DNA of 36,413 bases from Candidatus Jorgensenbacteria bacterium (GCA_016234345.1 JACRFG010000078.1:1-36413), one strand, 5' to 3'. Shown: positions 8,243-17,284, counted from the stretch's first letter. Made by a program: numbers and translations. The notes: generated by a model not told the origin, from the letters alone.

Positions 8243-8294
8243 TTCAAAAACCGCGCATACCTGCCTGCCGACAGGCGGGTGCGTGAAAATTGAG
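8243..8294. repeat. GC-rich imperfect palindromic element, copy 2 (core inverted relative to copy 1)
   Basis: The sequence is ttcaaaaaccgcgcatacctgcctgccgacaggcgggtgcgtgaaaattgag. The 17 nt tgcgtgaaaattgaggc is identical to copy 1. The core tacctgcctgccgacaggcggg matches the reverse complement of the copy 1 core at 21 of 22 positions. Confidence 0.7.
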
Positions 8295-8396
8295 GCATAT
8301 ATTTTTGTACTTGGAATCCAGTTTACAAAGGTTTTCTGTGTGTGTACTATCATATTCAGTAATTTATTAATTTTTATATCCGAGGAGCATAGATTC

Positions 8397-8624
8397 ATGC
8401 GAGTTTGTACCTGTTGTTATCCGCCGAGGGTAACGTACACCACTATTGATGCTATTGAGGTGCCGGATAATTCTACTATCCGTGACGCCGAGGAGAGTTC
8501 TCTCAATGTTGATGCAAGAGTTCTTGAGGAAGCCGGTCTTATCTATTTCGACAATCGTTGGTGTATGCCAAACTTAAAACCAGTGGTCGGTCTTTATTCC
8601 ATCGTTCCCAGAACTCTCGTTTAA
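8397..8624 (+). CDS. Small hypothetical protein (75 aa, MRVCTCCYPPR...)
   Basis: An in-frame ATG has SD gaggag 9 nt upstream. A TTTACA-17nt-TACTAT promoter-like pair lies at 8322-8350, and a strong terminator begins at 8630. The ORF-track start at 8151 would read through a terminator and the repeat, so I trimmed it. Confidence 0.45.
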   Translation: MRVCTCCYPPRVTYTTIDAIEVPDNSTIRDAEESSLNVDARVLEEAGLIYFDNRWCMPNLKPVVGLYSIVPRTLV

Positions 8625-8629
8625 TTGTG

Positions 8630-8654
8630 AGCGGACATTATTGTCCGCTTTTTT
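8630..8654 (+). terminator. Rho-independent terminator
   Basis: The stem pairs agcggaca with tgtccgct around loop ttat, followed by a tttttt tract. Confidence 0.8.
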
Positions 8655-8705
8655 GTTTAATATAGAATCAGATAATTTATGGTAGTATAAAAAGTAAGGT
8701 TAATT

Positions 8706-11402
8706 ATGGAGGCATACTACGCCAAACAAATTAAAGATGTTTTGGATAATCTTCAGTCAAGCGAGCGCGGCTTGAGTGCGGCCGAAGTTAGTAGGCGGCT
8801 TAAAGAATATGGCGCGAATAAACTGCCCGAGGCGTCCCGTGAGCCGCTTATTAATATATTTTTTAGGCAGTTTAAAAGCCCCCTTATTTATATTCTGTTT
8901 GTTGCGAGTCTTATCGTTCTTTCTTTAGGCGAAATCAGTGACGGTTTGATAATACTTTTTGTTCTTATTTTTAATGCCATTGTCGGTACGTTTCAAGAAG
9001 GACGTGCGGAACAAACTCTCCAAGCATTAAGGCAATATGTAGAGACAAATGCAACGGTAGTTCGTGACGGCACCGAAACCATTGTTCCCGATTCGGAGTT
9101 AGTGAAAGGAGACATTATAGTTCTTCATGAAGGCGAGAAAGTTCCGGCCGATGCCCGTCTTCTTATTGCCCGTAGTTTAAAACTCGATGAAGCGGCCCTA
9201 ACCGGCGAATCCGGACCCGTGCATAAAACGGTCGATGTCATTCGTCATGAAAATATTCCGGTAGCTGAGCAGAAAAACATGATATTCAAGGGAACTCATA
9301 TTGTTTCTGGTAACGGCGTTGCTTTGGTCGTGGCAACTGGTTTAGCAACGTTCATTGGCGAGATTTCTCAAAAGATTGCTGCAATTGATACCGAGATCCC
9401 TCTTAGAGCCAACATACGATACCTTTCTCGGTTAATCGTGGCTGTAGTCCTTTGCATTGTGAGTGCGATTTTCTTTTTTGGGCTTTGGTTGGGATTGCCG
9501 ACGATTGAAATGTTCAAGACCGCTGTTTCGGTGGCGGTTGCGATTATACCCGAAGGATTAATTGTGGTAATGACTTTGGTTTTGGCGACCGGAGTTTGGC
9601 GGATGTCCAAACAGCACGCTTTAGTAAAGCGACTTCAGGCAGTTGAGGCGTTGGGTCAAGCGCGCATCATCGCCGTTGATAAAACGGGTACGATTACTAA
9701 AAACGAAATGGTGGTTCGCAAGATTTACATTGATGGAAAGACGTATCAAGTGGGCGGCGTGGGGTACGAGCCAAAAGGAGAATTAACCTTTGAGGGAAAT
9801 GCGGTTGATCCGTTGAATCATCCCGAACTTATTATTGCCGGTAAGGTAGCGGCGTTTTGCGCTAATGCACGAGCTTCATTTGTTGAAAAAGAAGCTCGGT
9901 GGCATTTAACCGGTGATCCTACGGAGGCGGCCTTATTAATTTTGGCCGAGAAGATAGGATTTAAAAAAGATGAGCTTGAAACCGAATCGCCACTACGCTT
10001 TGAGTTGCCGTTTGATTACAAGGTTAAATATCACGCTACTTTCCATGATGATCATGGCAAGCTTTTTGTGACTGTGGCCGGCGCTCCGGAATCAATCTTT
10101 TCTCTTACGCATAAAATTTTTGAGAATGGCGAGATACATCCGTTTTCTACTCAGAGAAAAACAGAAATCGAAAAGATATTGCATAATCTTCTGCGTGAAG
10201 GTTTGCGTGTCGTCGCTTTTAGTTTTGCTGAAGCTTCATTGCCTCATGATAACGAGAAAATAAATATTGATAATACAGAAGTTGTATTCGCCGGTTTTTA
10301 TGCAATAGAAGATTCGCTTCGGCCAGAAGTTGAGGAAGCCATGCAGCGAGCTCATAAAGCCGGCATGCGGGTTGTTATGATTACCGGTGATCATAAATTA
10401 ACCGCCGAAACCATAGCTAAAAAAGCGGGGATTTATAAAGAAGGCGACAGCGTTCTTACCGGCGTAGAGATTGATTTTTTGAATGATGAGGAACTGTCAA
10501 AGAAATTATCCACGGTGACTGTATTCGCTCGGGTAACGCCGGAACATAAACTGAGAATTATTGAAGCATTTAGGCGACGTGGAGAAATTGTAGCCATGAC
10601 CGGCGATGGGGTAAATGACGCCCTGTCTTTGGTCGCGGCTGATTTGGGTGTGGCTATGGGTAAAATTGGAACTGAAGTAGCCAAGGAAGCGGCTGATATT
10701 GTGTTACTTGATGATAATTTTGGGAGCATTGTTTCGGCGGTTGAGGAAGGCAGGAGCATTTATAAAACCATGAAGAAGGTAATTCTCTATCTTTTTTCAA
10801 CAAGTATCGGCGAAGTGCTTATGATTGTTGGTGCTATGGCCCTAGGTTACCCCTTACCGATTCTGCCGGCTCAGATATTGTGGTTGAATCTCGTGACTGA
10901 TGGATTTTTGGATGTCGCTTTGGCCATGGAACCCAAAGAGAAAGGACTTCTTCGGGGAACATTTGAACGGCCAAAGAAGTATCTTATTGATTCGCTTATG
11001 GTTCAACGCATGGCGGTGATGGCCATACCAATGACTATAGGTTCATTGTTTCTTTTTAGTGGTTATGTTGATTTTGATTTAAAGAAAGCGTGGACAATTT
11101 CACTTACCGTTCTTGCGGTGTTCCAATGGTTTAATGCATGGAATTGCCGTTCTGAACGCGAATCGGTTTTTCGCATGCATCCATTAGCTAATAAGTTTTT
11201 AGCTATGGCTACGCTTATAGTCATTGCGCTTCAATTTTTTGCTATCTACCATCCGTTTATGCAAAAAATTCTTCACACTATTCCACTCACGCTTGGTGAG
11301 TGGGGGATAATTATTCTGGTTTCGTTCTCAATTATTATCTTTGAAGAAATCCGTAAATTTTTTTACCGGAGAATAAAAACTACGGTTTCTGTTATCGCGT
11401 GA
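8706..11402 (+). CDS. P-type cation-transporting ATPase, type II (Ca2+/Mg2+-ATPase-like)
   Basis: It begins with a Cation_ATPase_N region (LSAAEVSRRLKEYGANKLPE). It has the TGES motif (LTGESGPV), the M4 motif IPEGL, the phosphorylation site DKTGTITKNEM, then MITGDHKLTA and the hinge MTGDGVNDALSL. About 10 TM helices are present. Confidence 0.93.
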   Translation: MEAYYAKQIKDVLDNLQSSERGLSAAEVSRRLKEYGANKLPEASREPLINIFFRQFKSPLIYILFVASLIVLSLGEISDGLIILFVLIFNAIVGTFQEGRAEQTLQALRQYVETNATVVRDGTETIVPDSELVKGDIIVLHEGEKVPADARLLIARSLKLDEAALTGESGPVHKTVDVIRHENIPVAEQKNMIFKGTHIVSGNGVALVVATGLATFIGEISQKIAAIDTEIPLRANIRYLSRLIVAVVLCIVSAIFFFGLWLGLPTIEMFKTAVSVAVAIIPEGLIVVMTLVLATGVWRMSKQHALVKRLQAVEALGQARIIAVDKTGTITKNEMVVRKIYIDGKTYQVGGVGYEPKGELTFEGNAVDPLNHPELIIAGKVAAFCANARASFVEKEARWHLTGDPTEAALLILAEKIGFKKDELETESPLRFELPFDYKVKYHATFHDDHGKLFVTVAGAPESIFSLTHKIFENGEIHPFSTQRKTEIEKILHNLLREGLRVVAFSFAEASLPHDNEKINIDNTEVVFAGFYAIEDSLRPEVEEAMQRAHKAGMRVVMITGDHKLTAETIAKKAGIYKEGDSVLTGVEIDFLNDEELSKKLSTVTVFARVTPEHKLRIIEAFRRRGEIVAMTGDGVNDALSLVAADLGVAMGKIGTEVAKEAADIVLLDDNFGSIVSAVEEGRSIYKTMKKVILYLFSTSIGEVLMIVGAMALGYPLPILPAQILWLNLVTDGFLDVALAMEPKEKGLLRGTFERPKKYLIDSLMVQRMAVMAIPMTIGSLFLFSGYVDFDLKKAWTISLTVLAVFQWFNAWNCRSERESVFRMHPLANKFLAMATLIVIALQFFAIYHPFMQKILHTIPLTLGEWGIIILVSFSIIIFEEIRKFFYRRIKTTVSVIA

Positions 11403-12420
11403 AGTATAAAAATTCAAGAACAATGAGAACAAGCCAGCCTACTTGCAAGACAAAGAAAAGTATAATTTGAATAAATTCGGCTCGGTCTTTTAAGGAAAGG
11501 CCGAAGTGCTCTGTTACGGTGTGGTAAACGTCTTCTACTGACTCAAGTTTTTCTTTTATTGAGTTTCGCCAATCATTGATCTTGAATTTTTTTACGGCGA
11601 GATCATAAAGGCGCGCCGAGTACCAGTCGCCAATAAGTTTAATATCCCGTTCGACAGTTTGAAAAGCGGTTATCGCGGCCATGCGGTATCTCATTATTTC
11701 TTGCAGATGTTTGGTTATCTCTTTATGTTTTGGATGGAAGAGCATAGATAGTTTCTGTTTCGGTTCTTTCATAAACTGAGACATTTTTTCGAGCTGTTCG
11801 TCTATTCTTCGATCAAGAATTCGGTAGCGGAGGAGTTGCAGGTTGGCGAGCGTAATAAGCTCAATAGTTGATTCTACATCGCCTTCGGGGTCAAAAATAA
11901 AAGCGCCGTCCCAATCAATGATAGCAAGATCGTTATGGCCGTATTTGATTTGAGTTCCGAGAGTATATTCAACTTCTTTTTCGTCTAGCGCGGCCCGTTC
12001 CGATTTTAGGAGTGAGGCAATAATTGGCCCGTGTTTGAAAAATTGTTCCGGTTCTCCGGTGTATTCCGAAACTACGAAAAATGAGTACATTTCGCTCAAC
12101 TCTTCGTTACCTCCGCGTTTTTTTAATATTTTGTAGCAAGCATCAAACATCTTGTCTTCCAAATCAAATACTTGTTCATTAAATATATTGGGGATATTTA
12201 TGGTTGCTTGGATTAGGAGAATGTCGTGTGGATAACCACGAAGTGAAATAGCGATTTCTTGTTCATCAATCTTAATTTTTTCTTCGTCTAAAATAACTTG
12301 GTGGGGGACCGAAGATTCAAAGTAATGCGGTGCACTTTTAAGGCCTTGAGGCTGAAATACTTGTCCGCGTATTGCCCGCGGCACCTCGCCTAATACAATG
12401 GCGGTGAGTTGATGTTTCAT
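11392..12420 (-). CDS. Hypothetical protein with a single C-terminal TM helix (342 aa)
   Basis: This is a long clean ORF with C-terminal FIQIILFFVLQVGWLVLIVLEFLYF. On its strand, TATAAT lies 7 nt upstream of the ATG. The overall layout loosely resembles RMD1/DUF155-type proteins, but I cannot confirm that. Confidence 0.6.
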   Translation of the reverse strand: MKHQLTAIVLGEVPRAIRGQVFQPQGLKSAPHYFESSVPHQVILDEEKIKIDEQEIAISLRGYPHDILLIQATINIPNIFNEQVFDLEDKMFDACYKILKKRGGNEELSEMYSFFVVSEYTGEPEQFFKHGPIIASLLKSERAALDEKEVEYTLGTQIKYGHNDLAIIDWDGAFIFDPEGDVESTIELITLANLQLLRYRILDRRIDEQLEKMSQFMKEPKQKLSMLFHPKHKEITKHLQEIMRYRMAAITAFQTVERDIKLIGDWYSARLYDLAVKKFKINDWRNSIKEKLESVEDVYHTVTEHFGLSLKDRAEFIQIILFFVLQVGWLVLIVLEFLYFTR

Positions 12421-12427
12421 TTCTTCT

Positions 12428-12433
12428 ATTATA
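12428..12433 (-). promoter_or_regulatory. -10 box TATAAT 7 nt upstream of the ATG at 12420 (minus strand)
   Basis: The + strand attata (12428-12433) reverse-complements to tataat, followed by agaagaa and then ATG. Confidence 0.4.
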
Positions 12434-12444
12434 TACTGGATGCC

Positions 12445-13749
12445 ATGTTTCTGCGAAAGAGATTGGCTATTATTTTTGTCATACTTGTTGCTCTATCTTT
12501 GGGAGCCGCTTTTTTTGATTATGATCCTTTATGGACTACGTTTAGCCATTCGAGAAAATGGAGTTTGGGTTTGGATTTAGCCGGTGGCAGTTATCTGATT
12601 TATGATATCGATACTAATCAGGTAAACGCAGCCGACCGCGATTCGGTGGTTAGGGGCCTTCGTGATGTAATTGAAAAAAGAGTAAATCTTTTTGGCGTGA
12701 GCGAACCGCGTGTTTATACTGAAGCGGTCGGCGATCGTTATCGATTGATCGTTGAGTTGGCGGGGGTAAAAGAGATGAGTGAAGCAATCAAAGAAATTGG
12801 TGCAACGCCGTTTTTGGATTTTAGAGAAGTTTTTCAAAGCGAAGAGAAAGATCCGGAAGATTCCTCCGGTAATGCTACGACCACAGCCATTAAGTTCGTG
12901 CCGACTGCCTTAAAGGGTCGTTATGTAAAAGGAGCACAACTTGGATTCGATTCGGTAGCTCGGACACCACAGGTTCTTATCGAGTTTGATAGTGAAGGAG
13001 CAAAGATATTTGAAGAATTGACTGCTCGGAATGTTGGTAAGCCACTCGCAATCTTTTTAGATAATGAATTAATCGAAATGCCGACCGTCAGTGAAAAGAT
13101 AGCTGGCGGTAAAGCTCAGATTACAGGTCGGTATACGGTGGCTGAAGCTAAAATGCTCGTTGAGAGATTCAATGCCGGAGCACTTCCTGCGCCGATCACG
13201 CTCGTTAATCAGCAGACTATCAACGCTGATTTTGGTAAAGATGCGCTTGATAAGGCTGTTTTTGCCGGGATGATTGGTACGGCAGTCATCATTATTTTTA
13301 TGCTCTTTTATTATCGGGAACTAGGCATATTCGCTTCAGTCGCTCTTCTTATGTATATTGCTCTAACTCTGGCTATTTTTAAGGTGATTCCCATTACCAT
13401 GACTTTGGCTGGCATTGCCGGTTTCATTTTGTCTATCGGTATGGCTGTTGATGCGAATATCCTTGTTTTCGAACGGACCAAAGAAGAATTCATTAAAGGA
13501 CTCTCCCGGGCCGCGGCAATTGAGGAGGGATTTAGGCGAGCTTGGACGTCAATTCGCGATTCCAATATTTCTACCATGATCACCGCAGCGGTTCTATATT
13601 ATTTTACCTCAAGTTTTGTACAAGGATTCGCGCTTACCCTTTTTATCGGAGTGGTGGTTAGTATGTTTTCGGCCATTACAATTACTCGGACAATGCTCAG
13701 GATCTTTATGAAGCATACGCCTGGTGCGACTCATACAAGCCACAAATAA
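12445..13749 (+). CDS. secD: Protein translocase subunit SecD
   Basis: It has an N-terminal TM helix, a periplasmic domain (LGLDLAGGSYLIY...VSEPRVY...LDFREV...PLAIFLDNELI), and a C-terminal 6-TM SecD/F domain (LAGIAGFILSIGMAVDANILVFER). I moved the start to the ATG at 12445 to avoid overlap with the divergent gene. Confidence 0.92.
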   Translation: MFLRKRLAIIFVILVALSLGAAFFDYDPLWTTFSHSRKWSLGLDLAGGSYLIYDIDTNQVNAADRDSVVRGLRDVIEKRVNLFGVSEPRVYTEAVGDRYRLIVELAGVKEMSEAIKEIGATPFLDFREVFQSEEKDPEDSSGNATTTAIKFVPTALKGRYVKGAQLGFDSVARTPQVLIEFDSEGAKIFEELTARNVGKPLAIFLDNELIEMPTVSEKIAGGKAQITGRYTVAEAKMLVERFNAGALPAPITLVNQQTINADFGKDALDKAVFAGMIGTAVIIIFMLFYYRELGIFASVALLMYIALTLAIFKVIPITMTLAGIAGFILSIGMAVDANILVFERTKEEFIKGLSRAAAIEEGFRRAWTSIRDSNISTMITAAVLYYFTSSFVQGFALTLFIGVVVSMFSAITITRTMLRIFMKHTPGATHTSHK

Positions 13750-13760
13750 TTTTTTATTTT

Positions 13761-14660
13761 ATGAATCTTATAGCTAACAAAAATATATTTTTAATATTCT
13801 CTGGTATGATGGTTGTGCTTGCATGCTTGGCAATCGTGGTCTTTGGGTTACGGTCAGGTATAGATCTCAAAGGTGGAACACAGTGGGATGTATCAATTAC
13901 ATCAACCTCAACTATTGCGATAACCGAGAATATAATTCACTCGACTCTTAAAAAAGTTGTACCTACCGCAGAAGTTGTAGTTAAACAGTTGAACGACGGA
14001 AGCTTTTCACTTCGCTTGCCCGAGGTTAACGAAAAGGATCATCAGTTGTATTCTGTGGCTTTGAGTAAGATTGGTCGGGTAGAAGAAAAAAGTTTTTCTA
14101 GTATCGGTCCTATTATCGGATCGGAGCTTAGGCGCAAGGCCATGTGGGCGATTGTTTTTGTTATGCTCGGTATCTCAATTTATGTTGCGTGGGCTTTCAG
14201 AAAAGTTTCGGATCCTATTAGATCATGGAAGTACGGCGCGGTTACACTTCTTACTCTTTTGCATGATGTGATTATACCGACCGGGTTACTTGCGATATTA
14301 GGAAGATTTAAAGGCATTGAAATCGACACTAATTTCATAGTTGCTCTCCTTGTGGTCATGGGATTTTCCGTCCATGATACCATTGTTGTTTTTGACCGTA
14401 TTCGGGAGAATCTTCTTATACGGCGTGGTCAGAAAATAGACCTTGGGTTAGTGGTTAATCAGAGTGTCCGAGAGACATTCACGCGCTCCATCAACACCTC
14501 TCTTACTTTAATTCTAGTTCTTATTGCTCTGATAGTAGTAGGTCCATCAAGTTTGTTTTATTTTGTGCTTACGCTTCTCGTTGGCACTATTTTTGGCACC
14601 TATTCTTCTATATTTGTTGCCAGCCCTCTCCTTTATTTGTGGGGTAGGCGTGGTACTTGA
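13761..14660 (+). CDS. secF: Protein translocase subunit SecF
   Basis: It lies immediately downstream of secD and carries SecD/F-family motifs (GIDLKGGT, HDVIIPTGLLAILG, MGFSVHDTIVVFDRIREN). Confidence 0.9.
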   Translation: MNLIANKNIFLIFSGMMVVLACLAIVVFGLRSGIDLKGGTQWDVSITSTSTIAITENIIHSTLKKVVPTAEVVVKQLNDGSFSLRLPEVNEKDHQLYSVALSKIGRVEEKSFSSIGPIIGSELRRKAMWAIVFVMLGISIYVAWAFRKVSDPIRSWKYGAVTLLTLLHDVIIPTGLLAILGRFKGIEIDTNFIVALLVVMGFSVHDTIVVFDRIRENLLIRRGQKIDLGLVVNQSVRETFTRSINTSLTLILVLIALIVVGPSSLFYFVLTLLVGTIFGTYSSIFVASPLLYLWGRRGT

Positions 14661-14762
14661 CATACATTATATATATATGCTAGAATTTAGTCACTTAAAA
14701 CATGGGGTATTATAAGGTCTATTGACACTTTATCCGATGTTATATTAGTATCGAAGTAATCA

Positions 14763-14768
14763 TATAAT
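14763..14768 (+). promoter_or_regulatory. -10 box TATAAT 5 nt upstream of the ATG at 14774
   Basis: The sequence reads atcaTATAATttattATG with no SD. A TTGACA also occurs at 14722-14727, but its spacing to this box does not fit. Confidence 0.4.
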
Positions 14769-14773
14769 TTATT

Positions 14774-15793
14774 ATGTTCAAAAATATCGATCAATTTATA
14801 GAACAGGCCTTGGCCGATTTTAATCCCAAGCAGCGAAAAGTTTTGCTTGGCCGTTTTGGTTTAAAGACCGGCAAGCGGGCAACGCTTCAAGAAATCGGTG
14901 ATGAGTTAGGTATTACTCGAGAACGTGTTCGTCAGATTGAAGAATTAGGCTTGAAAAAGCTAGCGCCCAAAATTCGAGAAGGTGCCGCATCTTTGATCGA
15001 TGGAGCAACCGCTTATTTAGCTAATGTTGGTGGTGTGCGCAGAGATGATAATTTTATTCAGGATGTCAAGCAAAGGCTGGTGGGCAACGTTGATGTCCGT
15101 TATTTGGATCAAAAACTCCGTTTCGTGTTTATTACTGCAGGCGCACCTTTATATCATCGTGAAGATGACGCGATGAATAGTTTTTGGTACGCCGATGAAA
15201 CGGCCAAAAAAAAGTTTGTTGAATTTGTTAAACAGATGACGCAATTTTTTAAGAGTAACGACCGTCGAGCAATTATTGACGATAAGGCTTATCTTGCTCA
15301 GTGCAAAGATCTAGCATCCTTGCATTTTTTGTCCATTCCCAAGCATTTCAGTGTTAACGTTTTCGGCGATGTTGGTTTAAGTGTGTGGCCGGAGATCACC
15401 CCGAAAACTGTCCGCGACAAAGCATATTTAGTTCTTCGTAAACACAATGAACCGTTGCACTTTGTGGATATTGCAAAACATATCAGCAAATATGGTATTG
15501 ATAAGAGTGCGGCACATGTTCAGACGGTGCACAATGAACTTATAAAAGACGACCGTTTCGTTTTGGTGGGTCGGGGTATTTATGGCCTTAAGGAGCATGG
15601 TTATGAGCCCGGCACAGTTCGTGAAGTCATCGCCCGTCTTTTAAAGAAAGAAGGCCCTCTTTCTTCGGGAGAGGTAGTGAAGCTTGTCAATTCACAGCGG
15701 TTTTTGAAAGAAAATACTATTCTTTTGGCCCTTCAAAATCGACGTCACTTTAAACGACTCGACGACGGCCGCTATCACGCAAAAGAAGCATAA
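14774..15793 (+). CDS. Sigma-70 region 4-like HTH protein with C-terminal HARE-HTH / winged-helix domains
   Basis: The N-terminus QRKVLLGRFGLKTGKRATLQEIGDELGITRERVRQIEELGLKKL is a textbook sigma region 4.2 HTH. No region 2 is present. The C-terminal half has KAYLVLRKHNEPLHFVDIAKHI...DDRFVLVGRGIYGLKEHGY, which is HARE-HTH-like as in RpoE-delta N-terminal domains, plus a second similar unit. Confidence 0.75.
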   Translation: MFKNIDQFIEQALADFNPKQRKVLLGRFGLKTGKRATLQEIGDELGITRERVRQIEELGLKKLAPKIREGAASLIDGATAYLANVGGVRRDDNFIQDVKQRLVGNVDVRYLDQKLRFVFITAGAPLYHREDDAMNSFWYADETAKKKFVEFVKQMTQFFKSNDRRAIIDDKAYLAQCKDLASLHFLSIPKHFSVNVFGDVGLSVWPEITPKTVRDKAYLVLRKHNEPLHFVDIAKHISKYGIDKSAAHVQTVHNELIKDDRFVLVGRGIYGLKEHGYEPGTVREVIARLLKKEGPLSSGEVVKLVNSQRFLKENTILLALQNRRHFKRLDDGRYHAKEA

Positions 15794-15847
15794 GCTGCAA
15801 TCTCTATAAAATGTGGGTTGAGAGCGGAACATTCTCTTAAAACGAGG

Positions 15848-15853
15848 TATAAT
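15848..15853 (+). promoter_or_regulatory. -10 box TATAAT 8 nt upstream of the ATG at 15862
   Basis: The sequence reads gaggTATAATagaggggtATG. The intervening agagggg could instead act as an SD if transcription starts further upstream. Confidence 0.35.
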
Positions 15854-15861
15854 AGAGGGGT

Positions 15862-17280
15862 ATGTTCCGAGACCTCATCGCTCATTTTGTTGATCTTGTA
15901 ATAGAGTTTTTCAGGAAAGAAGAGGTTTGGTGGATTCTTATTTTTGTCGCTTTAGCCGGTCTTATTGCCTTACCTCCCGCTTTAGGTGATATCACACTTA
16001 GACAAGTGTGGCTTTTTATTTTGAAGCTTTTGGTCGAAACCTGGTGGTTATGGTTTTTCTTTATAATATTTTTTATCGCTCGGTCGAGCTGGCTCCATTG
16101 GCGGCAGGAGCTTTTTAAAAAATCTACTCCGTTTATCTTGCTTGAGATCAAAATTCCCCGTGAAATTGCTAAGAGTCCCCAAGCTATGGAACAAGTTCTT
16201 CAGACGCTTTATTCTCTTCGTAATAGCGCTGGCGATCTTGAAGAAAAATATTGGGACGGTGAGGTTACTCGATGGTTTTCTTTGGAGATGGTCAGTTTCG
16301 GTGGAGAAATACGTTTTTATATAAGAACGTACTTTAAGTATCGTAATCTTCTCGAGGCGGCTTTCTTTTCATACTATCCTGATGTTGAAATTGTTGAAGT
16401 TGAAGATTACGTTGAACAGTTGCCTCATAATGTTGTAGAAATGCAAGAACGCGGTTTGGAACTTTGGGGCAGTGAAATGGTTCTCGCTCGCGAGCCTCTC
16501 TATCCAATTAAATCTTATTCTGAATTTGAAAATATAGCGGAGGAAAAACAATTTGATCCTATTTCGACCTTTATTGAAGTTTTGGGCAAAATTAAGCGTG
16601 AGGAATTTTTTGGCATTCATATACTTATCTCCGCTCTAGAGCCAAATTGGGGTGATAAGTATAGGGGTTCTTTAGATAGCCTTCAGACTCCACAAACAAC
16701 TGAGATCTCGAGCGGCGATGAAGATGAAGGAACGAGACAAGTTACTATTGCGAGGACTCCCGGGCAAATTGATGTTTTAGAAGCCGTCGAACGAAATCTT
16801 TCCAAGGTTGCCTTTAATACACTCGTTCGTTTTGTTTACTTGTCTCCTCGTGAGTCATTTTTCGATAGTTACGCGCGAAGAGGAATATTGAGTGCTTTCA
16901 ATCAATATGGGTCGTTGAGCTTGAATACTTTTGTGCGTAACGAGGCAATGAGTACCCGTGTCCGTATTTGGTATTGGCCGCACATTGCTCCTAAGACCCG
17001 TAATGTATTCCGACAGGCACGGCTTCTTTGGAGTTTCCGCGAGCGTGCTATCCCGCCTGAGGAATGGATGGGTAGGTGGCTTAATGCCTATCTTTTCAAC
17101 TGGAATTTAAAATCAAGATGGTTCCCTCTAAATGTTGAGTGTTTAGCTACTATTTTCCATCCGCCCACTGCGGTTGTGCTTACGGCGCCGCACATTAAAC
17201 GTGTGGAAAGCCGCAAAGCTGGACCGCCGGCAGGTCTCGCTATTTTCGGCGAGGAGGAGGATATAGAAAAATTCCAATAA
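15862..17280 (+). CDS. Hypothetical membrane protein (472 aa, two N-terminal TM helices plus a large soluble domain)
   Basis: The TM helices are VWWILIFVALAGLIALPPAL and WWLWFFFIIFFIARSSWL, followed by about 380 aa of soluble sequence (LLEIKIPREIAKSPQAMEQVLQTLYSL...). It is the first gene of a tightly spaced three-gene unit with 4-6 nt gaps. Confidence 0.7.
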   Translation: MFRDLIAHFVDLVIEFFRKEEVWWILIFVALAGLIALPPALGDITLRQVWLFILKLLVETWWLWFFFIIFFIARSSWLHWRQELFKKSTPFILLEIKIPREIAKSPQAMEQVLQTLYSLRNSAGDLEEKYWDGEVTRWFSLEMVSFGGEIRFYIRTYFKYRNLLEAAFFSYYPDVEIVEVEDYVEQLPHNVVEMQERGLELWGSEMVLAREPLYPIKSYSEFENIAEEKQFDPISTFIEVLGKIKREEFFGIHILISALEPNWGDKYRGSLDSLQTPQTTEISSGDEDEGTRQVTIARTPGQIDVLEAVERNLSKVAFNTLVRFVYLSPRESFFDSYARRGILSAFNQYGSLSLNTFVRNEAMSTRVRIWYWPHIAPKTRNVFRQARLLWSFRERAIPPEEWMGRWLNAYLFNWNLKSRWFPLNVECLATIFHPPTAVVLTAPHIKRVESRKAGPPAGLAIFGEEEDIEKFQ

Positions 17281-17284
17281 ATCC

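Noticed and set aside
8151-8396. The upstream part of the 157 aa ORF 8151..8624.
   Set aside because: It reads straight through a strong terminator (8170-8200) and the palindromic repeat (8243-8294). Only the distal 75 codons, which have an SD, are plausible.
11392-11402. The 11-nt overlap of the convergent 3' ends of the P-type ATPase and the 342 aa gene.
   Set aside because: Short convergent overlaps are common in compact genomes. Both ORFs have credible C-termini and nothing else is notable.
12409-12444. The SecD start at 12409 (MMFHFFYYILDA...).
   Set aside because: It overlaps the start of the divergent gene at 12420 and its TATAAT. The ATG at 12445 precedes a normal SecD N-terminal TM helix.
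14722-14750. TTGACA at 14722-14727 as a -35 for the sigma-r4/HARE-HTH gene.
   Set aside because: No acceptable -10 lies at 16-18 nt spacing. TGTTATATT is only 10-13 nt away, and the perfect TATAAT at 14763 is 35 nt away. I therefore could not pair it into a convincing promoter.
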